Source of the DNA: Rhizaria sp. SCN 62-66
Taxonomy: Eukaryota
Length of the DNA: 64,000 nucleotides
Reading direction: 5' to 3'
Assembly: GCA_001724265.1 (NCBI GenBank)
Contig: MEDY01000184.1
Coordinates: forward strand, 1 to 64,000
Under the pieces are notes generated by a model that searched no databases, was not told where the DNA came from, and was given only the letters and a program-made list of their open reading frames with translations. A program made the position numbers and the translations under genes. The first letter of the stretch is position 1, and every line of letters starts with the position of its first letter. Shown piece after piece: positions 51,163 to 61,361 of this stretch.

Positions 51163-52280
51163 GTCGTCGCTGTCGATGACGAAGTCGTCCTGGTAGACGA
51201 CCGCCGCCTCCTCCTCCTCCTCGACCACCTCCACGCCCACCACAAACGCGCCTTCCTCCAGCTTCATCCCCCCCGCCGCCCCGGCCGTTGCTGACGTCAG
51301 CAGGAGCCCCATGGCGCGCGCGCGGTCCGCCGCCTCCGCGGGCTCGACGCGCTCGGCGCCCAGCACGGCGGCCTTGCCCTTCGCGGCGGCCGCGGCCTCG
51401 GCGGCCCAGGCCTTGCGCTGCGCCTGGGCGGTCGCTACGGCGCGGCGCGCGTCCTGGGCCTCGCGGCTCTGCTGGTCCGCCCACACGACGACGTTGATGT
51501 CAGCCGCCGCGCCCGCCAGGTCGCCCGTGGCCCTGCGCGCGGCGGCGCGGCGGAACAGCAGCTTGTGCCGCAGCTTCGTTGTGACGGCAGCGGCCGCGGC
51601 GCCGGTCAGGCTCAGCGCGGCGGTGCAGTCGGCCGCGGCCAGCGAGGGCGCGTCCAGGCTCAACAGCGCCTGTGCGCGGTTCGACAGCGCCACGGGGTCC
51701 AGCGGGCGCGCGCGCAGGCAGTTGGAGTAGTGCGCGACGGCCGCGGCGAGGTCGCCGGCCTGGAACGCGGCGTTGCCCAGCGCCTTCTGCGCGTCGTAGT
51801 ATCCGGGCGGGAACGCAGCAGCAGACTCAGCCTCAGTCACCGCAGCAGCAGGGGCGGTGGTGGTGTCGGAGGAAGAGGAGGATGTTGTGGCGGCGGCGGC
51901 GGCGGGGGCGCGGCGCGGCGGGGCGGGTTCCGGGCCAGTCAGCTTAGAAGCACCAGAGGAGGAGGCTTTGCCGGCGGAGTTGCGGGCGCGCTCCTGGGCG
52001 ATGCGCTTCTCCAGGAGGTCTTTCTCGGACTGCGCCACGTCGGAGCGCCACGTCTGTAGGTAGGCAGAACGAGAGTGAAGGAGATAAATCAAGTTAGAAG
52101 GTGAGCTGATTGTGTGAACGAAGGATCGCTCGATTCGAGCTTGCATGAGAGCTCAGGCAAGAGGAATGAGTGAAAAAGAATACTACGTACGTTGAGCTCG
52201 TTCATAAAGGTGCTAACCTCGTCGGCATTGCGCTTAATCTGCACTTGCGTGCGGAAAAGAGCAGACTGAGAGTCGGCCAT
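50275..52280 (-). CDS. RPAP3: RNA polymerase II-associated protein 3-like TPR co-chaperone (R2TP); exons 52280-52191, 52053-50275
   Basis: N-terminal QVQIKRNADEVSTFMNELN|TW; carboxylate-clamp TPR KALGNAAFQAG...SNRAQA...KLLFRRA; RPAP3_C-like PPAKSAAAF...RFALALALLG; TGA stop. Confidence 0.82.
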
Positions 52281-52744
52281 CTGTGTTGGCGAGCACAACA
52301 AGAGCAGTTGTGAGGGACGAAGAAGTAGGAGCGAGAGAGAAGTGATTGTGAGAAGATATAGAAAATCAGAATAAAATAATAAGTTTAAAAGCCAATAAAA
52401 TCTCCAAGGACGCTGAACAAGCTTCATAGACGATGAATATCCATCAATAGATCGATCCGTTATTCCGCGACGTTTGAACCTCGAGTGAGGCAACGAGAAT
52501 CATCGCGGCAGTGTAACGGCGCTGCAACTACTGCATAACAGTTCACTAAAGACCTTATCAAAGTCAATCGAAGCTATAACTGCAAACACAAAAACATAAG
52601 CACATAAAATATACAATTATTGTATTCATTCACTCTATTAACCCGAAAAAGCCAAAGAATATAGTACCAGTACTTAACCTCGCAGACGCACCATCATCAG
52701 GGTGGGTTACACTGCCTGAAGATCGTCATGGATCGCCGCGCCGC

Positions 52745-54514
52745 TTAGTCGGCCTTCTTGGGGATGAGGCCGAACTTGGTGGGCTGGATGAAGTTGTCGA
52801 CGAGCGCCTGCGTCATCTCGGCCAGCAGCGCCTCGGCCGCCGCGGGCGACTCCTTGGACGACACCTCGACGTAGTACTTGAGCTTGGGCTCGGTACCCGA
52901 GTTGCGGAGCGTCGCCGTAGCGCCGTTCTCGAACGTAAAAGTGACCATGTACGAGTCGGTCATATGCGGCAGCACGAGCTTGCCGTCGGGCTGCGCCGTG
53001 TCGATGCCGCGCTTGACGTCGCGGACGGACTTGATGGCGAACTTGCCGCACGCCGTCGGGTACGCAGGCTCGCACAGCTCGGCGAACACAGCGTCAAGCT
53101 TGGACGCGGCATCGCAGAAGACGTACGAGTTGACCATCTTGAAGTGACCGTACTTGTTGTAGAAGCCCGCGACGCGGTCGAGCAGGCTCTGGCCCTGCAG
53201 CGCCCAGTGGTTGGCCAGCTCGTACATAACAGCGGCGGTGCGCACACCGTCCTTGTCGAACGACACGTCGCCGACCAGGAAGCCGATCTCAACCTCGTAG
53301 GCGAAGAGCGTCGTGAAGCCCTGCGCCTGCGCCTTAATGGCCTCGTTACCGATCCACTTGAAGCCGGTCAGCGTGTCGCGGAACGTGAAGCCCTCGGCCT
53401 CGGCCATCGCGCGGAGGTGCTTGGACGACACCGTGGACGCGATCATGACGCACTTGCCGGCGTCGGCGTCGGGGTTGGCCGCGCGCCACTGCAGCCACTC
53501 CCACTCGGCGAAGACGGCGGCGATCTCGTTGCCCGTGAGCATGACCCACTCGTTCGTCTTGGTGTTCTTGACGGCCACGGCGAGGCGGTCCGCGTCGGGG
53601 TCGTTGGCCAGGATCACGGTCGAGCCGGCGGCATCGGCGGCCTTAATCGCCAGCGCGAGCGCGCCCTTGCCCTCCTCGGGGTTGGGGAAAGCCACGGTCG
53701 AGAACTCCGGGTCCGGCTCCACCTGCTCCGGAGTGGGGATGTACGGCGGCAGGTCGAACGCGGCGAGCGCGCGCGTGACGTACCGCGCGCCGACGCCGTG
53801 CATGGCCGTGTAGGTAACCTTGAGCGCGGCGGCCTTGTTCTGCTCGCGCAGGCGGCAGTAGCGCGCGCTGATCTGGCCGAAGTACGAGTCCATGATCTCG
53901 GCCGACGCGTCCACGAAAAGCGGGTTCGTCGTGTCGAGCTTGTAGTCGGTGTGCCAGGGCTTCAGATTGGCCTGAATAGCCTCCGCAATGCCAACGTCGT
54001 TGGGCGGGATGATCTGCGCGCCGTTGGACCAGTAGACCTTGAAGCCGTTGTCGTCCTTGGGGTTGTGCGAGGCCGTCACCATGACGCCCGCGGCGGCCTT
54101 CTTGAGCAGCACGCCGTAGGGCACGAGCGGGGTGCACACCAGCTGGTCGAAGAAGTACACGCGCACGCCCTGCGACAGCAGGACCGCCGCGGTGAGCTCG
54201 GCGTAAGTCTTGGAGTTGTGGCGGCCGTCGTAGCCGATGACGACGCCGCGCTCGGCGGCGGAGGGCACCTCCTGCTGCATCCAGGTGCACAGGCCCTGCG
54301 TCGCCTGCAGCACCACCAGCTCGTTCATGTTCTTGTAGCCGGCATCCATGCGCGAGCGCAGCCCCGCGGTGCCGAAGGCGATGCGCGGGACGAAGAGCTT
54401 CTCCAGCTCGTCGAACTTCTCCGCCTCGAGCAGCGCCGCCACGCGGGCGCGGGAGACGGGGTTCGGGTCGTACTCGATCCACTGCGCCACGGAGGCGCGC
54501 AGAGACTCACTCAT
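52745..54514 (-). CDS. PGM2: Phosphoglucomutase/phosphopentomutase, PGM2 family
   Basis: FGTAGLR, TASHNPKDDNG (catalytic Ser), DPDADR (metal loop), TGFKW, RNSGTEPKLKYY; TAA stop. Confidence 0.93.
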   Translation of the reverse strand: MSESLRASVAQWIEYDPNPVSRARVAALLEAEKFDELEKLFVPRIAFGTAGLRSRMDAGYKNMNELVVLQATQGLCTWMQQEVPSAAERGVVIGYDGRHNSKTYAELTAAVLLSQGVRVYFFDQLVCTPLVPYGVLLKKAAAGVMVTASHNPKDDNGFKVYWSNGAQIIPPNDVGIAEAIQANLKPWHTDYKLDTTNPLFVDASAEIMDSYFGQISARYCRLREQNKAAALKVTYTAMHGVGARYVTRALAAFDLPPYIPTPEQVEPDPEFSTVAFPNPEEGKGALALAIKAADAAGSTVILANDPDADRLAVAVKNTKTNEWVMLTGNEIAAVFAEWEWLQWRAANPDADAGKCVMIASTVSSKHLRAMAEAEGFTFRDTLTGFKWIGNEAIKAQAQGFTTLFAYEVEIGFLVGDVSFDKDGVRTAAVMYELANHWALQGQSLLDRVAGFYNKYGHFKMVNSYVFCDAASKLDAVFAELCEPAYPTACGKFAIKSVRDVKRGIDTAQPDGKLVLPHMTDSYMVTFTFENGATATLRNSGTEPKLKYYVEVSSKESPAAAEALLAEMTQALVDNFIQPTKFGLIPKKAD

Positions 54515-55068
54515 CGCTGCGGAACAGCGGAGATAACAGCAGTGCAATGACGCACAAAGTGACGGGCAGGCGTTCACAAGCAGCCGAGAGGTGGGCAGGG
54601 CAGAGAGAGAAGAGATGGGGGGATATTGAGGTGCGATACAGGAATGCGATACAGGAATGCAAAGATTTGACCAGTCAAAGTGACTATAATCAGTAGCGCT
54701 ATAAACAAAAAATAGAGAAAACACTTCATTAAAGTTGTTTTTACACGGCTTCGATGCAGTGACGGTCGTTTTGCCCCGTATATATGTCTTTCAAGGTCGG
54801 CGATACGACGTCAACGAGTCGACGAGCCGTTTGGATCTCACACCGGCGCTATCCAAACCAACAGATATCTCGATATCTCCGTGCTCTCAGGACTACTTTC
54901 ACGCGAACTATGTATTTTTGACTTGACTAGTGTTCGAATATTAAACTAATTTCCGCTACCAACCCCATGATTCTCTCCGCAGCCCGCTCCACCCTCTCGC
55001 CTCTGGTGTCTTGACTAACCTAGACCCGGCCTCGTTCACTGCGCGCCCGCCCCTGACGCCGCCCCGCG

Positions 55069-56847
55069 ATGGCTCCCCGGCGTCCCAACGCGCCACACAC
55101 GATCCACGACGGCCCCAGCCGCTCGTCGGGCGGCTTATATCCGTCCTCCGGCGCCTCTGCCGGCGGCGGCAGCGCGTCCTACGGCGCCGAGCCGCAGCCC
55201 TCGTGCGGCGCCCGCGTCAAGGAGTGGCTGCGCACCGTGCCGCCGGTCACCGCGCTGATTGTCGCCACGAGCCTCTGCGTGTACGTTGCGTCGTTTTTTG
55301 CGCCGGACCTGCAGGCGCGCATGCAGCTGTGCCCCGCGTCCATCTCGGTCGACTGGCAGGTCTGGCGGCTCTTCACCTCGCCTTTCTACCACCTCGGCCT
55401 CTTGCACATCCTCTTCAACGCGCTCGCGACCTGGGGCCTTAGCGCCGGGCTTGAGCGCGCGCTGGGCTCGCTCCCCACGCTCGGCTTGCACGCCGTGCTC
55501 CTCGTCCTCTCGCAACTGCTCTATCTGGCCGCGAAGTTCCTCATCGCCGCCGTGCTCCAGGACCCTTCCCAGCTGCAGTCGTGCGTCGCGGGGTACTCGG
55601 GCGTCATTTTCGGGCTAATCGATGTCGCCATCGCCGTCGCGGGCGTCGCCGTCATCCCTTGGTGCGGACTCTGCGAAATCCCCGCCAAGCTCTATCCTCT
55701 GTTCCTGCTTTTGCTCACCAGTCTCTTCCCCGGCGTGAGCATCGTCGGCCACGCGATGGGGCTGCTGACCGGCCGCCTATACTCCCTGGGCCTGCTCGCC
55801 CCGCTCGCGCTGCCCCGCTCCGTCATTATGCGTTTCGAGGCCTCCCCGCCCGGCCGCTTCCTGCTCCGGCCCCCCGGCGCCGTGCCCACCCCGGCCGCGC
55901 CCCCCGCCTCGTTACTTTCGGGCCGCCTCGACTGCGTGCGCGACCCCCAGTGCCCGCGCGCGATCGCCGACTGCGGCGCCGCCGCCGCGGCCTGCGTCCC
56001 CACCGCCGTCGCGCATTGCAGCTGCTGCCTCACCGCTGACGGCCACTGCACGCTGCCCTGCTGCGCTCTCTGCTCCCGCTGCAACTGTGGCGGCTGCAGC
56101 AACTGCACTGGCTGCAGCGGCTGCTGCGACGATTCGGCTACCGGCAACAGTGGCGGCGACAGCGACGGCGAGTACGTTGGCAACAACTTCGCCGGCGCTG
56201 GCGCTGGCTACGTCCTGGGCGGCGCCGCCGTCTCCCCGCCGCTCGCCCCCGCCCCGTCAGCCTCAGCCTCAGCCTCAGTCTCTGGCTCAGCCTATGGCTC
56301 TAGTTCTAGTGCTGGTGCGACGGCGGAGGGCGGTGACCGTGAGGCGCGCGGGCTGGGAGGGCTGTGGGCGCGGCTGACGGCGCGGGACACAGCGCGCGCG
56401 CTCCAGTCTGAGCGTCTGCCCGACCACGACGACGGCGACGGCGACGGCAACGTCAATGACAACGGCAACGGCCAAGGGGGCTATGATGAGGAGGCCCGTG
56501 CTCATCGAAGCGCGACCGCTGCTTCGGCTGCTGCTGGCGCTGGCCCTGGTGCTGTGATGAATAGGAATGGGTACGCACGCTTTGCGGACACCAACGACGA
56601 CGCCGAGGTCGACGCCGAGACCGGCCCTGTGAGCGGCAGTGCCAGGAGCAGCAATCTCACTGCATCTGCGCCAGCTGGTGCTGTTGTCGGCGCTAGCGCC
56701 AACAATGCTATCAATGCAGGTGCAAGTGCAAGTGCTCATGGCGCTGAGGGCCGGCGGCCGCCGCCGCCGTCACGGCTGCTGGCCGAGCACGCGCAGCGCA
56801 TGCAGCGGCTGCAGGCGCAGAAGCAGGCGCGCGAGGACAATAAGTGA
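55069..56847 (+). CDS. Rhomboid intramembrane serine protease, RHBDD1/RHBDL4-like
   Basis: WRLFTSPFYHLGLLHILFN, catalytic GYSG, GHAMG; several TM helices; TGA stop. Confidence 0.88.
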   Translation: MAPRRPNAPHTIHDGPSRSSGGLYPSSGASAGGGSASYGAEPQPSCGARVKEWLRTVPPVTALIVATSLCVYVASFFAPDLQARMQLCPASISVDWQVWRLFTSPFYHLGLLHILFNALATWGLSAGLERALGSLPTLGLHAVLLVLSQLLYLAAKFLIAAVLQDPSQLQSCVAGYSGVIFGLIDVAIAVAGVAVIPWCGLCEIPAKLYPLFLLLLTSLFPGVSIVGHAMGLLTGRLYSLGLLAPLALPRSVIMRFEASPPGRFLLRPPGAVPTPAAPPASLLSGRLDCVRDPQCPRAIADCGAAAAACVPTAVAHCSCCLTADGHCTLPCCALCSRCNCGGCSNCTGCSGCCDDSATGNSGGDSDGEYVGNNFAGAGAGYVLGGAAVSPPLAPAPSASASASVSGSAYGSSSSAGATAEGGDREARGLGGLWARLTARDTARALQSERLPDHDDGDGDGNVNDNGNGQGGYDEEARAHRSATAASAAAGAGPGAVMNRNGYARFADTNDDAEVDAETGPVSGSARSSNLTASAPAGAVVGASANNAINAGASASAHGAEGRRPPPPSRLLAEHAQRMQRLQAQKQAREDNK

Positions 56848-57594
56848 GATGGTGAGGGAGTGACCGTGAGTAGGGTGACCTTGGGCAGAGTGACTATGGG
56901 CAATGCACGGGAGTTGTGCAGCGTCGCACGGATGAGTACATTTGAGTATAAGAGAATGAGATGTGTGAACCGGCGCATATTCAGATTGATTATGAGTTTA
57001 TATGGCCACGTATTGTTGTTAATCGATAAAGTAACGTTATTTATAGAATCCCTTTGATAAAATGCTTTCTCTTGGTATGTTTCGTCGTCGGTAAAGCAGT
57101 GGTAAGGTCCCCATGTTAACGACCCATTGATCGTTGTTGGTAATATTCGTTGTATTCATAATATTCATAATATTGGACAATGTATCTGTATTAAAAGTGG
57201 CCATCACCACTGCTTGGGTCAGTATCTGTCGCAGTGACTAATACAGTCACATTCGCACAGTTGTGACCCAAACGATATGCGATAAGGGCAAAGCTATTGT
57301 AGGATTAACTTGGGACTAAGTAGGTAGGCTAATGTAACAAAGAAGGGAAGTAAAGTGACTCTCTCCCCCAAAGCGCAAAAGCAGGCGCAAACGAATACTT
57401 GTAAACACAGCAAGACAAAGCAAACAGCGATGCAACTGGGACCAAAACTGGACAGCGACTGCCTCAGTTGTTATCTATGCGCAGCCATGACATGTTATGT
57501 TATGTTATGCTATGATCTGTGTTTCGCTGTGAAGATATGCTCTTATCTGTTTCATTGAATGTTCTGGTAGACTCACTGGGTTTCTGGATTACAC

Positions 57595-58312
57595 TCACTG
57601 AATGTGTTCGACGACGCCTTGGCGCACGAGCAGCTCGGCGTCGGCCCGGCGCAGCACGTGGCGCGCGCCCTTCTCGAGCCGCAGCGGGCCATAGTGCGTG
57701 ATGACCTCGCCCGCGTCGCGCAGCACAACCACGCGCGTAAGCAGTGTCGTCGGCGGCTGCAGGTCCGTGAGCACGGAGACGCCCAGCTCGTCCTGGTACG
57801 CGCGCAGGGCGGAGCCGTAGCTGTCGAGCGCCTCCTGCTCCTCCTGCGCCAGCGCGCCGCGGACAGACTCGGGCACCGCGCCCGCCGTGTCCCACCACAC
57901 GCCGCGCACGAAGTCGAAGCGCGCCTGCATGTAGGCCAGCAGACAGCGCTTGTTGCGGCGGATCGCGGACTCGCGGATGACGAGCGCGGGGAGATACTCG
58001 AGCAGCGTGTCGGCGTTGGAGCGGTCCATCGTGTTGACCTCGGCCATCATGTCCAGACGCTTCGCAGCGAGGTCGTTGATCTCCGCCAACACGGCCTGGA
58101 CGCCGGAGCGCTGGAGCAAAGTGACGAAAGAGGGACGGAAACGGTGGCACGGCAGTGGGAGGGCAGTGAGTTGAGGCGCGAGAGGTGCAGCGAAGTGAAG
58201 GACAAGAGGGGTGATCTTTGAGGGGAATAATAACACGTACGTTGTAGTTGGGGATACCCTGGCTTCGGCGCAACTCGCGCAAAAGCTCCTCACCTTTGTC
58301 ACAGAAACTCAT
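57595..58312 (-). CDS. GINS1: GINS complex subunit Psf1; exons 58312-58241, 58110-57595
   Basis: RNKRCLLAY motif and C-terminal DLQPP...VVVLRDAGEVIT...ELLVRQG; phase-0 GTACGT intron; TGA stop. Confidence 0.93.
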
Positions 58313-58403
58313 ATTTCCTGTTTGACGGAGCGTATCTGTTCGAAATTCAAACACTACTTTTGGCGCGATCTCACTCTTCCAATGGGGCCAGCCAGTCCAA
58401 TGA

Positions 58404-58445
58404 TCGGTCGGTCGTCAGTCGGTCGGTCGGTCGGTCGGTCGGTCT
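58404..58445. repeat. (GGTC)n tetranucleotide repeat in the PSF1/SEC61G divergent promoter
   Basis: TCGGTCGGTCGTCAGTCGGTCGGTCGGTCGGTCGGTCGGTCTG is directly visible. Confidence 0.85.
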
Positions 58446-58623
58446 GAGGTGACTGTGGGACCGGCTTGATTTTAATCCGAGTGGACTGAACCAAACCGAC
58501 TGGGACTCTTTGTGGCTGGGCTGGACCGGGGAGGGCAAAGGCGAGGCCCGAGAGACGAGGAGCGCGATGGAGCCGGGCTCGCTTTGACAAGCTCGTAGTT
58601 CCTGACAACTTTCTTGTGAAAAA

Positions 58624-59151
58624 ATGTCGTCGGCCCCTATCGATGTTGTTGTTGCGCCCGTCAAGCGCTTCGCTAAGTCTTCCATTCAGCTCGTGAACCG
58701 CTGCACGAAGCCTGACGCCAAGGGTCCGTCTCTCTTTGTTTCGCCTTTCTTCGAACATCCTCCCACGCCTCGCCCCGGTCCTGTGTACAGATATGGTATA
58801 AGTATGATGTATTCCAGCTCATTTAGAACCTTCTTTGAACCATTTTGTTCCTATCTGACGAATTTACAGAGTTCAAGAAGTCCGTGACTGCCATCGCTGT
58901 TGGCTTTGTCATCATGGGCCTCGTTGGCTTCTTCGTCAAGCTTATCCACATCCCCAGTACGTTAACGCTCCACACCTTTTGCGACCGCATTGCACCCGCC
59001 TCTTGTCGCTTCTGACACACCACTCTCTGCTCTGCCCGCGCGTTTCGCCCCGTTCTATTCCGCCTGCTGACTCATCCTCGCCCGCCGATCCCCTCTTTCG
59101 CCTCTGTTCCCTCCCTTTCGCGCAGTCAACAACGCTCTCGTCGGCAACTAA
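58624..59151 (+). CDS. SEC61G: Protein translocon subunit Sec61 gamma; exons 58624-58723, 58870-58956, 59126-59151
   Basis: Spliced product [22 protein letters not shown]...[31 protein letters not shown] stop. Confidence 0.95.
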
Positions 59152-59733
59152 GCAGTGTTTCTTTGGCAGTGCCGCTTTGGTGGGAGGTAAGCCATGGTTT
59201 CCTTCCTCGTGTCGTGTGCGGGCACACTTTGCAGCCCCCCGTTTCGGGGGTGCTAGGCTCATTGTAGTATCAATTGATGGGTGGCCTACAAAACAGATCT
59301 CACAGCCACCTCTCCGTTTCTCCCTCGAGAGCGGGGTGTTATCCAGTAGTTTGACTTAATAAACCCGGTTCCCTTTTTTTAAACCCTCAGACACACTACG
59401 CCACCTTGGTCCTATCTTCATAACTGCTCATCTTGCCATCGATATCCGTGGTCAAAGTTCACCTTCCATGCACTCTCGGTTTGCTTACCTCGCGCTTTCT
59501 CTGCAGTCACGCAGCAAGCAAGCCGACCTCGGCCGTTCAGTCGAGATACTGCCCCATCCCTTCACTCAAACACGATGCTGTTAGTATTACGAATTTAACC
59601 TACACGTTTTGTATATTCTATCAATAATTTGCCTCCATTAACGTTCATCATAGCTCACCCTATCATCTTTTCAATTGCCTGAACTCCTCTGAAACTTGGT
59701 CTCTATTGTTCCACTGCCACAGCGTCTAGCTCG

Positions 59734-60429
59734 ATGCAGCACCCCTTCATGGCTGCCCAGGGCGCTCCGTACGGCGCCCCTGCCGCGGGCGCGCCCCACC
59801 AGTCCGCTGCCGCGTACGGCGGCGGCTACCCCGCGCAGCCGCAGCCGCAGCAGCAGCCCACGTACGGCCAGCCGCAGCAGCAGTACAATCCTGCTGCCGA
59901 CGCCGCGCGCTCCGTCGTGCAGTCGCCCCCGCACGCCTCCGCGCCGCAGCAGTACCAGCAGCAGTACCAGCAGCAGCAGCCGCAGCAGCAGCCGCAGTAC
60001 GGCGCTGTCCCCGCCGCCCCCGCCGCTGCCCCTGCGGCTGGTGGTTACGCCGCGTACGCTCAGGGCATGAGTGCAGTCGACGCCGCCACCGCGGCCGCGT
60101 ACCAACAGCAGCAGGCGCTCTACCACCAGCAGCAGCAACAGCAGCAGGCCGCGCAGCAGCAGTACCAGCAGCCCCAACAGCAACCGCAGCAGTACGCTCA
60201 GCCCCAGCCTCAGCAGCAGTATCAGCAGGCTCAGCAGTACCAGCAGCAGCAGCACCATGCGCCTACCAACTTCGCGGCCGCCGTGGTCGTCCGCCGCGGC
60301 GGCGGCGCGCGCGCCCAGGCCGCAGCCACGGCGTCGTTCGAGCCTCGTGCCGATTATAGCGACTTGGACCCGCTGTCGATGGACTTCGATTACGGCCGCC
60401 GCCGCGCCGCCGAGCAGGCCGCCGCCGCC

Positions 60430-60524
<95 letters not shown>

Positions 60525-60721
60525 CCTCACAGCCCGCGGGCTACGGTACCCCGGCGCAGGCCCCCGCCGCGCAGTACGGCGCCGCGCCCACCGGCTACGG
60601 CGCTGCGCCCGCCGCCGCGGGCTATGGCGTGCCTCAGCAGGCGCAGGCGCAGCAGGCGCCCGTGGCGGCCGCGGCGCCGGCGCAGGGCGCGTACAACCCC
60701 TTCGCGCCGCGCCCCTACTAA
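59734..60721 (+). CDS. Gln/Ala/Pro/Tyr-rich protein with C-terminal NPF; apparent +1 frame break near 60523
   Basis: The frame from ATG 59734 is Q/A/P/Y-rich up to a 31-Gln tract; the same composition continues only in the +1 frame (QPAGYGTP...GAYNPFAPRPY, TAA at 60719-60721). Confidence 0.7.
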
Positions 60722-61361
60722 GGCCCCTGGTGCTCTCTATCTAGACGCCGAGGTGCGAGGTCTGCAAATGGACTCTCCTCTCGCACTGTGATATGATCTG
60801 ATGATGATCAATTACGATGACTCGGCATAGTCTGCGTCGTTTTGTTCATGACTATGATTTAGTAATCAGTGTATTCTAATGGTAAATTAAAACAGTCATC
60901 ATCAATCAAGCCAATCGGCCCCGTACTATGCTGTAGAGCGTACGCATATGCGCTGTACAGTGTACCCTTATGCGCACGAACACACACTTAGGTGACCATC
61001 TTGGCAAGGCGTGCTGCTGCTGTTGCTGTCATTGCGAACTGTAGCTGTCGCCATGTCGCTGTTACTGTAGCTTTCACAACGCAGAGTGGCGCATCATCAA
61101 ATCCGTACTTACTTAGACAATGAAATAGAATCACACATAAAAACAAACAAACAAGTTCGCTTTGTGTCAACTCTGCGTTCTCCATGAGCACTAAGTTACA
61201 CACACGCAAGATTCGCTTCAAAGAAAGAAATCAGAAACGTAATACAAACAAACAACTCTTACACAAACAACATATTCAAGCCTGCTCAGGTGTTTTCATT
61301 GCCCGTTCGCGTAATGTTCGCATCACTTCATTTGTTTCGTGATGCACTGTGTTATGACAAC

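Noticed and set aside
60742-60744. TAG as the true stop of the 59734 ORF
   Set aside because: The segment after the CAG tract is compositionally out of frame; the matching frame ends in TAA at 60719-60721.
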